A stretch of DNA of 64,000 nt from Sminthopsis crassicaudata (lineage: Eukaryota): assembly GCF_048593235.1 (NCBI RefSeq), contig NC_133619.1:636904558-636968557 (forward strand). Reading direction: 5' to 3'. Below, piece by piece: positions 35,536 through 46,232 of the stretch. Below the pieces are notes generated by a model that worked only from the letters and a program-made list of their open reading frames with translations, was not told the origin of the DNA and did no database searches. Made by a program: the position numbers and the translations under genes. Positions within the stretch are counted from its first letter, which is position 1. Each line of letters starts with the position of its first letter.

Positions 35536-36621
35536 ATTTAGCCTCTGAAACCTTAGTTCCCTAAACTGGAAACTGGAAGAATTAGGCTTGATGAGCCAGG
35601 AAGTCCTGTCCAGGGCTAAATCTGTGATAGTCCTTTGTCGCTGATCAGAAATATGCAATGACTCCCGCTGCAAGCAGGACCACGGGTACCTCTCCTGGAC
35701 GGTCAAAGCCCTTCCTGATTGGGCCCTCCTCTCTAATCCCATCTCCCATCATGCCCAGCACACACCTCTTCCTTGTTCCTGAAATGCCCTCATCTAGGCA
35801 AATATCAATGAGTTTCCAAAGCCCAGCTCAAGGCTCACTTCTTTCACGACTGCCCCAAACATTTAAGAGCAGTAGTAGTGATGACTGGTAATATGTAATA
35901 ATAATGTAATATGTAATGTAATAATGTAATAATTTAACAATAACGTAATGTAATAATAATAACTAGCATTCTGTATAACTATTTAACGATTGCAAAGTGC
36001 ATTACAAACATCTCCCTTTATCCTCACAGCAATCCCGGCGGCTAGATGCTATTATTGTCTCCATGAAACGGAGGAGGAAACGAGGAAAACGGAGGTGAAA
36101 TGGCTTGCTCGGAGTCACACGGCTAATAAATATCAGAGACCCGATTTGAACTCCAGGCTCCCGATTCCAGCCCAGGGCCCGTCTCTCTAACGTGCAGATT
36201 TCCTTTAACATTGGATTACAGTGCACATTATTTTGTAGTACTTGCAGATCACTTCATGTACCTATAAATCTTATCTTTGCAACAGGACGGGATGGTATCT
36301 AAAAGCCAGAGCCCTAGCTCGCCACTCTCTGTTTTTCTCCCGGTGCCTTGTTCAGAATTGGGTACCGAGAAGGCATTGTACTGTATGATGAACTGAACTG
36401 GGTGGAGCAGGAAAGAAGAGTGTGGAAGGGCTTCTGAAAGGGTAAGAAAGGAGAGAAGGAAAGGAAGCTGAGCTGACAGGTCCAGGTGTCAGGAAACTAA
36501 AGGGATGTGGACGGGGCCTTATGGAGGGAGCAGGAGGGCTTTGGAAAAGTAGGCGGGGATAGTAAGACACACTTCTTTCCTAGTAGAGGAATAATGGAGA
36601 TGGGCTCCGGGAAGACCTCAC

Positions 36622-36672
36622 CAGATTCTATAGGGATCTGGTCTTCCGTCTTCTCGGATGAGTCTTCAAGGC
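36622..36672 (-). CDS. NPHS1: Nephrin exon 23
   Basis: ttctag|GC LEDSSEKTEDQIPIES G|gtgag, similar to human [20 protein letters not shown]. Confidence 0.8.
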
Positions 36673-37364
36673 CTAGAAAAAGAAAATGGATTGGCTCCGA
36701 GATAGCAGGATGCCCTTGTCACCTGGCTGACCACGGTTTCCCTCTCCCAGCCAAACCTCGGTGAAGATTCTCTGAGTGGAGTCTGCCACAATTCCTATTA
36801 ATCGCTAAAGCAGAGCGGATGGCCAACTTCCCCACCCCTTCTTTCTTTCCTAGACTTCAGAGCACCGCCGGGGCTTCCTATTCCTCCCCCCGGGGCCTTG
36901 GGGAGCCAGAATGCGGGTGTTCTCTCGGGGTCCACCCTCATCTCCTCCTTCCTTCCCTCTCTTCATTCAGGGATGGAGGAGATCTCAGAGACATCCAGCC
37001 CGGCTGATAAATACAAGCCGTCTCTGCTGGGAAGAGCCAGGGCTGTGGAGACGGTGGCTTCTGAGTCCTTTCCGTCGGGGACGCTGAGACCTTCCCAGCA
37101 TTAACCCACACCTCGATCCACTCCCTCTGGAGCCAAGCAGGAAGTCGCTCTTCCACTTGGCAGTCCTTAACCGTGGGGGACCGCGCTAACGTCTCCCCAT
37201 CCTCCACCAGGCCGGGTCTTGGCCGATTCTCCGTGTTGGTCACCGCTCCTCCGTCTTGGTTGCCCTTCCCTGGGTGCCCGGGCCCCGAGGCCCAAGGCAA
37301 GAGAGCTACAGTTCCTGCTCTTCCCAAGGACTCCCTAAATTTCCCTGCCCCTTCCCCCAGACAC

Positions 37365-37546
37365 CTAGGGTGGTCACCGGGAGCCGGATGCCTCGATCGG
37401 CCAGGTCGCTGTCCCCCAGAGCGTTGGTGGCCAGCAGAGAGAAGTGATACAGGGTGAAAGGCCGAAGACCGCCCACAGTGAAGGCAGTGGCTTGAGGAGG
37501 GGAGACGTCCACGTACAGGTGCCCCGGGGTCTCCGGCGCCTCGTAC
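37365..37546 (-). CDS. NPHS1: Nephrin exon 22 (FN3)
   Basis: [20 protein letters not shown]...[22 protein letters not shown], 182 nt. Confidence 0.92.
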
Positions 37547-37632
37547 CTGCGGGGTCAGAGGGTGGCAGAGGAGCGGCCACTCAGCTCCGCCTGCTCCCGC
37601 CCCGATCCCCGCCCTCGCAGCCAAGGCCCCAC

Positions 37633-37744
37633 CTGACGCGGAATCTCTGCTGCAGGCCCCCATCGAAGCCCGCTTTCCATTCCAAGCCCACGGAGTGGTG
37701 GGTGATGTTCGTGACCCTTAGGCGTGTCGGAGGGTCCGGGCGAC
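37633..37744 (-). CDS. NPHS1: Nephrin exon 21 (FN3)
   Basis: RPDPPTRLRVTNITHHSVGLEWKAGFDGGLQQRFRV, 112 nt. Confidence 0.92.
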
Positions 37745-38216
37745 CTGCAGAGAGGGAAGGGAACTCTCCCTGAGCGCCCGCCAGTCCGGGCCCTGGACCC
37801 ATGCAGGTCCTCCACATGTGAAAGCAGCAAACCAAAAGAGGGACGAGGTGGGAGGAGTGGGAATTGCTCCTTTTTGAGGTCCCTGAGGGGCAGCGAGGTG
37901 GCACAGTGGATGGCCCACCAGCTCTGGAGGCGGGAAGGCCTGAGTTCAAATCCATCCCCCTACCCTTAACACTTCCTAGGTGAGTAACTCTTCAATGGGT
38001 CACTTAACCTCAGTTGCTTTGCCAAAAATAAATAAACAGTTACTTCTTGCTTTTCTGAAGGGGCCACAGAGAGCCTTGAATTCTCCTAGTTTGCTGGAAA
38101 GTGTTTGTGTAATCTGGGGGTCTGGGACATTTTTATGCATGTGACGCCCCGGGATCTCTCGGGGTCCCCCGGCCCCCCCAGAGGCTCTGCCGGCCCCGCT
38201 GCTCCCCAAGCCATAC

Positions 38217-38368
38217 TAATGCTGACGATCTGGATGTCCGTGTGGTCGGTGCCCAGGTTGTTGGTGGCCGTGCAGGTGAAGAGGGCGTAGTCGTGGGCAG
38301 CTGTGATGTTGGCGATGGTGAGCACGCTGCTGTGGATCGAGCCCTCGTGATACGTGTGTTCCGTGTAT
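38217..38368 (-). CDS. NPHS1: Nephrin exon 20
   Basis: [50 protein letters not shown], 152 nt. Confidence 0.93.
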
Positions 38369-38514
38369 CTGGGAGAAAGTGAGGAGTGGGGGGGAGTCGG
38401 GGGATGGGGGCTGAGATCAGGGCATGTGGTGCTGGCGGTGGGGGAGGGGGGAGCGTTTGGGACAAGTGGTGTGGTCAGTGTGGTCGGCCGGGACTTGTGG
38501 GAAACAGCATCGGG

Positions 38515-39220
38515 AGCGGGAGGAGGCGCGGGGTTAGGAGCTGGGTGCGAGGAGCCAGGTGGAAGGGCCCGGGAGGGTTAGGAGCTGGGTGCGAGGAGCC
38601 GGGTGGAAGGGCCCGGGAGCGGGAGGAGGCGCGGGGTTAGGAGCTGGGTGCGAGGAGCCGGGTGGAAGGGCCAGGGAGCGGGAGGAGGCGCAGGTTAGGA
38701 GCTGGGTGCGAGGAGCCGGGTGGAAGGGCCAGGGAGCGGGAGGAGGCGCGGGCTAGGAGCTGGGTGCGAGGAGCCAGGTGGAAGGGCCAGGGAGCGGGAG
38801 GAGGCGCAGGTTAGGAGCTGGGTGCGAGGAGCCAGGTGGAAGGGCCAGGGAGCGGGAGGAGGCGCGGGGTTAGGAGCTGGGTGCGAGGAGCCGGGTGGAA
38901 GGGCAGGGAGCGGGAGGAGGCGCGGGGTTAGGAGCTGGGTGCGAGGAGCCGGGTGGAAGGGCCAGGGAGCGGGAGGAGGCGCGGGTTAGGAGCTGGGTGC
39001 GAGGAGCCAGGTGGAAGGGCCAGGGAGCGGGAGGAGGCGCAGGTTAGGAGCTGGGTGCGAGGAGCCAGGTGGAAGGGCCCGGGAGCGGGAGGAGGCGCGG
39101 GGTTAGGAGCTGGGTGCGAGGAGCCGGGTGGAAGGGCCCGGGAGCGGGAGGAGGCGCGGGGTTAGGAGCTGGGTGCGAGGAGCCGGGTGGAAGGGCCCGG
39201 GAGCGGGAGGAGGCGCGGGA
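38515..39220. repeat. About 59-bp G-rich minisatellite, about 12 copies, nephrin intron 19
   Basis: gggagcgggaggaggcgcggggttaggagctgggtgcgaggagccgggtggaagggcc units. Confidence 0.95.
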
Positions 39221-39248
39221 AGGCGGGAGGAGTCAGGCGGGGGCCGAC

Positions 39249-39405
39249 CTGGGGTCCTGGAGGTCCAGAGGAACCCCATTCTTGGCCCAGGTGAAGGCAA
39301 CGTTGGGGACACCTCGGGCCCGGCAGTGTAACGTGGCTGAGCTGGACCGGTCCCCCGCGGCAGCCACCTTAGTGAGGGGCTGAGGGTATTCCACCTCAGG
39401 AGCAA
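39249..39405 (-). CDS. NPHS1: Nephrin exon 19
   Basis: [52 protein letters not shown], 157 nt. Confidence 0.93.
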
Positions 39406-39627
39406 CTGGAGGGAGACGGCGAGGAGGGAGCGTGAGGGAAGTTTTGCGGCCCAGGGAATTCTGGGGCAGAGCTGCTGTTCCAGACTTCAAGGGGTCCCGG
39501 TGAGGGACTTCTGCGGGCCGGGGCGGGGCATCAAGTTTAAGGGCCTGGGGGAGATTTGGGGGCAAGAAGAACTGAGTGGGAGGAGCCCACGCTGGGGTTC
39601 CCCTATTTTGGGGGGTCTTTTACCTAC

Positions 39628-39793
39628 ATCTCACAACAAGCCGAGAGACCCTCCTGGCGGGGGGAGGGATCCCGTTGTCCACTGTGCATTGGTATGGCCC
39701 AGCCTGCTCCAGAGTAGCCTTATGGATCTGCAGGCGGCCCGTCAGCCCCTGGGATAGCTGTTCCATGTTCTCCAGGTCTTGTTCTTCCTCTCC
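39628..39793 (-). CDS. NPHS1: Nephrin exon 18
   Basis: GEEEQDLENMEQLSQGLTGRLQIH...YQCTVDNGIPPPARRVSRLVVR, 166 nt. Confidence 0.92.
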
Positions 39794-40138
39794 CTTCAGG
39801 GGCACACCCACGGGGGTTAGAGATCCATCTTCCCCGGCGGTGAGAAACCCAGAGCCGATCCTGCGTCCGGCCGCCCAAGCCCGAGCTGCCCCCCCCCCGC
39901 CCCCTCTGCCCTCCCCTACTGCTACCAATGTTTGGACCATCCCAGGAAAGCCCTGCCACCGGGAAGGTGGTTTGACTAAAATCCCTGCCAGTATTGGGGT
40001 CAAGGAGAGTCTTTCTTGGAGCTGTGGAAGTCCGGTGTGGAGGGTGGCAGGCCAGGAGGGCGGGCCCAGCCGGGAGGGAAGGGAAGGAGTGGGAGAGCGG
40101 GGCTGGGGCAGGGCCGGGGAAGGCCGGGCCGGGCTCAC

Positions 40139-40260
40139 CAGCTTCTCCCACTGAAACATGTCGGGAAGGACAGGGCTGGCGTCAGCCCCGCAGAGAATCT
40201 CGGCCGATCCCCCCACGTCCACCTCGGTGACCTCCGGGAGGCTCCGGATAGTGGGGGCGT
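40139..40260 (-). CDS. NPHS1: Nephrin exon 17
   Basis: YAPTIRSLPEVTEVDVGGSAEILCGADASPVLPDMFQWEKL, 122 nt. Confidence 0.92.
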
Positions 40261-40342
40261 CTGGCAGGGGAGAGAGGGCGAGGGCTCAGGCCGGGCGCTG
40301 GGAGAGAGACCGGGCGCTCTCGGACGAGGGCAGCTCACTCAC

Positions 40343-40483
40343 AGTGGATGTCCAGCCTGACCCTCGCCTCGCCGACGCCCTCTGCGTTCTGGCAGAGCAG
40401 CCGGTACTCCCCGCCGTCTCCCCTCGTCAGGTTCCACAGTTTGAGGGCCCCTCCAGGCAGGATGCGGTACCTGGGACCCCCGT
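40343..40483 (-). CDS. NPHS1: Nephrin exon 16
   Basis: [46 protein letters not shown], 141 nt. Confidence 0.92.
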
Positions 40484-40559
40484 CTGGAAGGGAAGCGGTC
40501 ACGAGCTTGTCCCCCCCCCCCCCCCGAGCCCCTGGGGCCCTCCGCCCCCACCTCTGTAC

Positions 40560-40700
40560 CTGGACTCAGTTTGCTGCCCTGGTAACTCCAGTTGAAAAAC
40601 TCGGGGGCCGGGTTGGCAGACACAGAAATGGGGAGCAGCGCGCTCCCGTGTTCCTGGGCTTCCACCCTGAGCACCTGATCGGCCAGGAACTTGGGGGGGT
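40560..40700 (-). CDS. NPHS1: Nephrin exon 15
   Basis: [47 protein letters not shown], 141 nt. Confidence 0.92.
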
Positions 40701-40867
40701 CTGGGAGGACGAGGAAGGCGGTTAGGGGGCCCGTGTGGAGCCAGGGCCGGGGCGGAGGACGGAGCGTCGGGCCGGCCGGCCCGGTGTCCGGGGGTCCGAG
40801 GCCCGGGGCAGTTACAGACGGGACACTGGGTGACGCCCCCCAGCCCCGCCCCCCAGGGAGCACGCAC

Positions 40868-41040
40868 AAAGCACGTGTAGCCGATAGAAGGCGCTCACGG
40901 TCTCCTGGAGCTCGGGGCTGTTAGCCCTGCACGTCACCGGGTCCCCGTGGTCCTGGGAAGAGACCTGAAGCAAGACGCTCCCGGAGGCCTCTGAGCCCCT
41001 GAACCGCGCGGGCCTGTACCTGAAGGCCACTCCTGGGAGC
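40868..41040 (-). CDS. NPHS1: Nephrin exon 14
   Basis: LPGVAF...[37 protein letters not shown], 173 nt. Confidence 0.92.
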
Positions 41041-41126
41041 CTGGAAGGAGGGGCAGGAGGGGCTCTGTGAGCGGCAGGGCCGTGACTCCGCCTGGGGGGG
41101 TCAGGGGCTGGGGGAGCCCCTCTCAC

Positions 41127-41256
41127 CTGAGCCCTTCCTTTTCCCAGGACAGGTTGACGGGGGGGTTACTGCTGAGGCTGACACAAGTGAGGTTCACAGC
41201 GTCTCCGGGCCGCAGGACGGAGGCGTTGGCCGAAATAGTCACGTTGATGGGAGGGA
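41127..41256 (-). CDS. NPHS1: Nephrin exon 13
   Basis: [43 protein letters not shown], 130 nt. Confidence 0.93.
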
Positions 41257-41412
41257 CTGCAATAACGGGGGCCGGGTGGTCAGCGTTTCCGCAGATGATA
41301 GTTTTCCAGAAACTTTCAGCCAGGACCTCGCCCTTTCCCCAGGGAGGGTTTCCTGAGCTCCCCCCGAGCCCCCCAGGACCCCTCGTTTGGGCCTCCCAGG
41401 GTGACGTCTCAC

Positions 41413-41617
41413 ACTGCACGCGGAACGAGGTGGAGGCCGAAGCCTGGTCGCTGGTGACCTTGCAGTTGGAAGTGGTCCTGCAGGTGTAGACGGCCTGGTT
41501 GTCACTGGGGTCCAGCCTCAGGATCAGCTCCCTGGACAGGGTGTTCCCCGACTTCTCCACCGCGCTCCTGGGCCTCGGCTCCGCGCCCGACTTGGTCTCC
41601 ACCACCGGCTTCTTATC
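41413..41617 (-). CDS. NPHS1: Nephrin exon 12
   Basis: DKKPVVE...[49 protein letters not shown], 205 nt. Confidence 0.9.
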
Positions 41618-41924
41618 CTGTCCCAGCGCGAGCCCAGAACCCCGCTAAGGTTTCCCTCCCGCCCCTCCCCCCGGGACCCCGTGGGAATTCCCATTCCCCT
41701 CCCCCCCTTCTTCCGGAGCTGCTCTGAGTTCAGATCCCCCTTTAAGCAGCCAGCTCCCCGACACTTCGGAAAAGACTCGGGGTCCCCAGCGATTTCCAGA
41801 ACCTCATTCCAGCCCCCGCCTTAGCAGCAGCCCCCAACGCCGGCCGCTTCCTCGCTCCCCTCCCTGCCCTCTGCCTTTCAGGGATCCGCGGATCCCTTCC
41901 CCGCCCCGGGGTCTTGGCGCTCAC

Positions 41925-42049
41925 CTTGCACCACGAGAGGGAGGGGTCCGGGTTGCCCCCGATGGCTAGGCACAGGAGCCGAACCTGGTTTCCGGCTCGG
42001 AAAATGTCTCCCTTGGGGAAACTCTCGATCCAGAGCTTTTGGATAGGAT
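41925..42049 (-). CDS. NPHS1: Nephrin exon 11
   Basis: [42 protein letters not shown], 125 nt. Confidence 0.92.
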
Positions 42050-42438
42050 CTGGCGGGGTCAGGGGAGGGGAGAGCAGCCTTTACCCCTTCTCTCCTCCCT
42101 GCCTGGAGCCGCGGGGGTTTGGGGCCTCGGGCACAGCCTGGACCCTGAAACAACCTCCCGCGTCTAGCTCTCCCTCTCCACGAGGAGCGGCTCCCCATTA
42201 ATCCCCGGTCGGCCTCTCCCATTCACTTCCCTCCTGCTCAAGAACGTCCACGACTCCCCGGCCCCCTAAGGATGAAATACAAACACGGGCCGAAGGGGCG
42301 CACCCACTGCCCAGGCCCCAGGCCGGCCCTCTTCAGGCTCCTTCTCCCATGGGGGCAGCCCCCCCAGCTCGGCCCGGCTGCTTCGTCCGTGATCCCCTAC
42401 CTGCTTCTCTGTGTCCTCCCTCGGCCCCGGGGACTTAC

Positions 42439-42583
42439 ATTTCACATTGAGTGTGACCGACTTCTTGAGGGTCTCCTTGGCAAAGGCTTCGCTGAAGGCC
42501 TCACAGGTCAGCGCCAGCCCGTTGTCTGCCCTTCGCCCGGTGTAGGTGATATTGGACATGGTCACGCGGCCCCCGTGCGGGCC
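42439..42583 (-). CDS. NPHS1: Nephrin exon 10
   Basis: GPHGGRVTMSNITYTGRRADNGLALTCEAFSEAFAKETLKKSVTLNVK, 145 nt. Confidence 0.93.
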
Positions 42584-42619
42584 CTGAGGAGGGAATCGGA
42601 GCCTCCGCTGTGGGCCTCG

Positions 42620-43020
42620 GCCCACGGCCCCCCCACGGGCCTCCCCCACGGCCCCCCCACAGTCCCCCCCCACGGCCTCCCCCCACGGGCCTCCCCCCCA
42701 GGGCTCCCCCCACGGGCCTCCCCCACGCCCCCCCCACGGCCTCCCCCCACAGCCCCCCCCACGGCCTCCCCCCACGGGCCTCCCCCACGCCCCCCCCCCA
42801 CGGGCCTCCCCCACAGCCCCCCCCACGGGCCTCCCCCACGCCCCCCCCCACAGCCCCCCCACGGCCTCCCCCACGGCCTCCCCACGGCCCCCCCACGGCC
42901 TCCCCCCACAGGGCTCCCCCCATGGGCCTCCCCCCACGGCCCCCCCACAGTCCCCCCCACGGCCTCCCCACAGTCCCCCCCCACGGCCTCCCCCCACGGG
43001 CCTCCAGGGCTCCCCCCACC
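42620..43020. repeat. C-rich short-period minisatellite (ccccccacggcct), nephrin intron 9
   Basis: Read directly; G-runs on the transcribed (minus) strand. Confidence 0.95.
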
Positions 43021-43075
43021 CCCTCGGGGTGGCCCAGCTCTGGCTCCGCGGCCCGGCTCCCACCCTAATCCTCAC

Positions 43076-43233
43076 ATCAGTGACCGTCACATCGGTGGGG
43101 ACGAGCTCCTGCCAGCCCAGCCACCAGCGCAGCAGCACTCCCGGGTTACTGGACTTGGTGAAACAGGAGAAGGACGCAGTCTTGTTCTCTTCCAGGCTTG
43201 CGGAGCCCAGGATGATGATGGAGCTGGGGGGGA
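43076..43233 (-). CDS. NPHS1: Nephrin exon 9
   Basis: FPPSSIIILGSASLEENKTASFSCFTKSSNPGVLLRWWLGWQELVPTDVTVTD, 158 nt. Confidence 0.93.
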
Positions 43234-43394
43234 CTGGGAGGAGGGAGACGGGGATGGGTGAAGACGGCGCCGGACAGAGATAGGCCGGGCAGCGGGGGTA
43301 GGGAGGCTTTCCCCGGGGCTCCCACATGGGGCACAGACTTTCTAGAGACCTTGGCTCCTTTGCCACCCCCAAGGTCACCCTGTCATGGCGCTCC

Positions 43395-43985
43395 CTCTGC
43401 TGGGGCCCCCCCAATCTCTGGGGGGGTCTGCTCCCTCTGCTGCCCCCCCAATCTCTGAAGGGGGTCTGCTCCCTTTGCTGCCCCCCAATCTCTGAGGGGG
43501 TCTGCTCCCTCTGCTGCCCCCAATCTCTGAGGGGGGTCTGCTCCCTCTGCTGCCCCCCCCAATCTCTGAGGGGGGGTCTGCTCCCTCTGCTGCCCCCCAA
43601 TCTCTAAGGGGGGTCTGCTCCCTCTGCTGCCCCCCAATCTCTGAGGGGGGTCTGCTCCCTCTGCTGCCCCCCCCAATCTCTGAGGGGGGTCTGCTCCCTC
43701 TGCTGCCCCCCAATCTCTAAGGGGGGTCTGCTCCCTCTGCTGCCCCCCCAATCTCTGAGGGGGGTCTGCTCCCTCTGCTGCCCCCCAATCTCTGAGGGGG
43801 GTCTGCTCCCTCTGCTGCCCCCCAATCTCTGAGGGGGTCTGCTCCGTCTGCTGCCCCCCAATCTCTGAGGGGGGTCTGCTCCCTCTGCTGCCCCCCAATC
43901 TCTGAGGGGGGTCTGCTCCCTCTGCTGCCCCCCAATCTCTGAGGGGGTCTGCTCCGTCTGCTGCCCCCCAATCTCTGAGGGGGGT
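43395..43985. repeat. About 39-bp minisatellite, about 15 copies, nephrin intron 8
   Basis: ccccccaatctctgaggggggtctgctccctctgctg units. Confidence 0.95.
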
Positions 43986-44277
43986 CCTCGTTGGGGTCTC
44001 TCTGGGAAAGGACTGTCCCTTCTCTGAGTGTGGCTGCACTCAAGCCTATGGAGCGGAGCCTTTCATGGAGGAGGAGGACATTCTCCCCTCGTTGTGAGGA
44101 ACCTGGTTCTGCTCCTCCTCAGCCGGGGGTCCCGGGGTCTCTGTCTGAGGACTTGTTCCCCAAGCTCTGCCCCCTTCTGGGGGAACTCTGAGGGGACGGA
44201 GGCAGAGAAGGGGGACAGACTGTGAGGCTGGCGGCTATCGGGGCGGAACGGGCGGGGGCAGCTCCCAGGACCCTCAC

Positions 44278-44449
44278 AGGTGACGTGCAGCGTGATCACG
44301 TGCTGCTGAGCCTCGGGGGACACACTGTTCTGGGCTTCACAGCTGAGTCGAGCCCCGTTATCCTCTGGCTGGACGGTCAGAGACAGGACGCTCCGGGCCA
44401 GGGCCTGCTTGTGGTCCGTCTCCCAGACCGTGGAGATCACCTTTCCGTT
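44278..44449 (-). CDS. NPHS1: Nephrin exon 8
   Basis: [57 protein letters not shown], 172 nt. Confidence 0.93.
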
Positions 44450-44531
44450 CTTGGGACGGCATGGAAAAGGTGAGCGGGGGTCCTGAGACCGAGGCCCGGG
44501 TTTCCAGACCCTCCGCGTGCCCCCACCTCAC

Positions 44532-44659
44532 CTTCAGCCACTGCAGGGTGGCCAGAGGATTCCCCCCCCGTGACACGCAGGGCAGCTCCACGTCCTGTCC
44601 GGCTCTGGCTCTCCCCTCCGCCTGGCCGGGCCACTCAATGACAGGGGGGCCGGGGGGGA
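44532..44659 (-). CDS. NPHS1: Nephrin exon 7
   Basis: [43 protein letters not shown], 128 nt. Confidence 0.94.
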
Positions 44660-44804
44660 CTGGGAGAGGGGCCCCGCGGGGACTCAGCAAGGAGACTCCC
44701 AGCACTGGGCCCGCGCCAGCCCTCCCGGTCTCCCTTTCCCAAGGACGCGCAGGCTCCCAAACAAGAGCCAAGGGGCCCTCCCGCCGTGCCCCGAGCCGGC
44801 TCAC

Positions 44805-44908
44805 ACAGAATATTCATAGTGAAGGAAGATTTCAAGGACGGCTTCATGGCGGGGTGGAGCACTTCACAGGTCAGCAGTTTCCCATTGTCCGAAGGCTTGG
44901 GAGTCACC
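44805..44908 (-). CDS. NPHS1: Nephrin exon 6
   Basis: [34 protein letters not shown], 104 nt. Confidence 0.92.
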
Positions 44909-44989
44909 CTGGTCAGAGAGAGGGGCTCGGTGGGCCGGCAGGAGCCAGACGGGGGGGCTTGGGTCCTCGGGGATCCGGCACCCCCGTAC

Positions 44990-45071
44990 CTGGCTGTGGC
45001 CTCCGTGGTGACGAACTTCTCCCAGGCTCCAGGGCTTGTGTAGGGGAAGACGTCCGGGACCACCCAATTGT
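44990..45071 (-). CDS. NPHS1: Nephrin exon 5
   Basis: DNWVVPDVFPYTSPGAWEKFVTTEATAR, 82 nt, phase 1 to 2. Confidence 0.88.
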
Positions 45072-46098
45072 CTGTTAGCGGGAGGGAGGCAGACACCGCG
45101 CTAGAGCAGAAGTGGGGGCCTCTTCTCCCCGGACCGAAGGCCCTAGTTTTCCCCTGGACGCCACAGGTTTATCTCTGTCTTTGGTCCCGCTTCTGGGGTC
45201 CCCTCCTGGGTAGTCTGCCCTCGAAGGGCCCGCTCTTCCTGCCTTCCAGCGCTTGTGAGCAGCCCGCCTGCTCCCTGCCACCGCTCCGCACTCCCACTCC
45301 CACTCCCTCACGAGCCCGTCCTGGCCCCTGCGCCCAGACCCCCGAGCCGGCTCAGGCAGTCTGGGATCCCGCCGGAAGCTCCTCTGCTCCGGCTCTCAGG
45401 CCCTTCCCTCTGGCCCGGTGGTCCCGGCGCCCGGCCTGGGGCTCTCCACGCCCCGTGGCCCAGAGGGAAAGTCCGGCTTCCTCAGCTTCCCATCGAGTCC
45501 GCCACGAATGCCCGGCGCTTCGCTTCCCACGGCTCCGTTTATGCTCCCGCCAAGTGGGGCTTCCTCGGGTGTCTCCCCTGCACTTTCTCGCACCCTCTGG
45601 GCCAAACCTGCCTGTCCAGGGACTGGCCACCTTTCAATGCCCAGGTCAAAGGTCGCCTGCACACACTGAGCTGTCCCAGCGCCCTTAAAGGCCTCCATCG
45701 TCGCCTGACATCACTGAGGGGGGAGGGACCCGCTCCATCAGACACCGTGCTCCCGCTCTACGAGTGGCACTCCCTCTGGTCACTCCTGCGGACTTATCTC
45801 AGCCATGGGAAAAATGGACCAGAGGGGGTCCCGACGGGGCCTCCAGGATGGGGGGGTCTCCTCCGTCAGCGGAGTCCCGTGTGGGGGCCCTAACTGGGGT
45901 CCCCCAGGAGACAAAAGGGGGGGGGCCGTACTCTTTTAAGGGAGTCTGGGACTTGGCCAGGCCGTGTCAGAGATGAGGCGGAAAGGACTGGATCCCCTAC
46001 AGAGCTCCCCCCACGGTCTTCCAGATGCACCTCCTGGAACGGGGCCAGTGAAATCCCGCTCCCAGAGTGACAGCCCTTTCAGCCCTCCGCCCACTCAC

Positions 46099-46227
46099 CC
46101 TGGTGGAAGATGATCTTGGCTTCCGGTTTAGACTCTCCGGAGGTGCAGGTGACCGAATATTCCTCGCCAGCCACCCAGGTCACCAGGCTCCCAGCCTCTG
46201 GGCTCATGTGTACCGCCGTGGGAGGCA
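46099..46227 (-). CDS. NPHS1: Nephrin exon 4
   Basis: VPPTAVHMSPEAGSLVTWVAGEEYSVTCTSGESKPEAKIIFHQ, 129 nt. Confidence 0.92.
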
Positions 46228-46232
46228 CTAAT

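Noticed and set aside
35600-35720. Hydrophobic stretch GEVPVVLLAAGVIAYF* as a displaced TM exon
   Set aside because: No polypyrimidine tract or suitable acceptor phase, too short, and ends in a stop
36938-37663. 241-aa minus-strand ORF
   Set aside because: Alternative frame across exon 22 and introns; no domain similarity and no TM segment
42266-44043. Many Gly/Pro-rich ORFs up to 444 aa
   Set aside because: Produced by intronic minisatellites fused to nephrin exons 9-10
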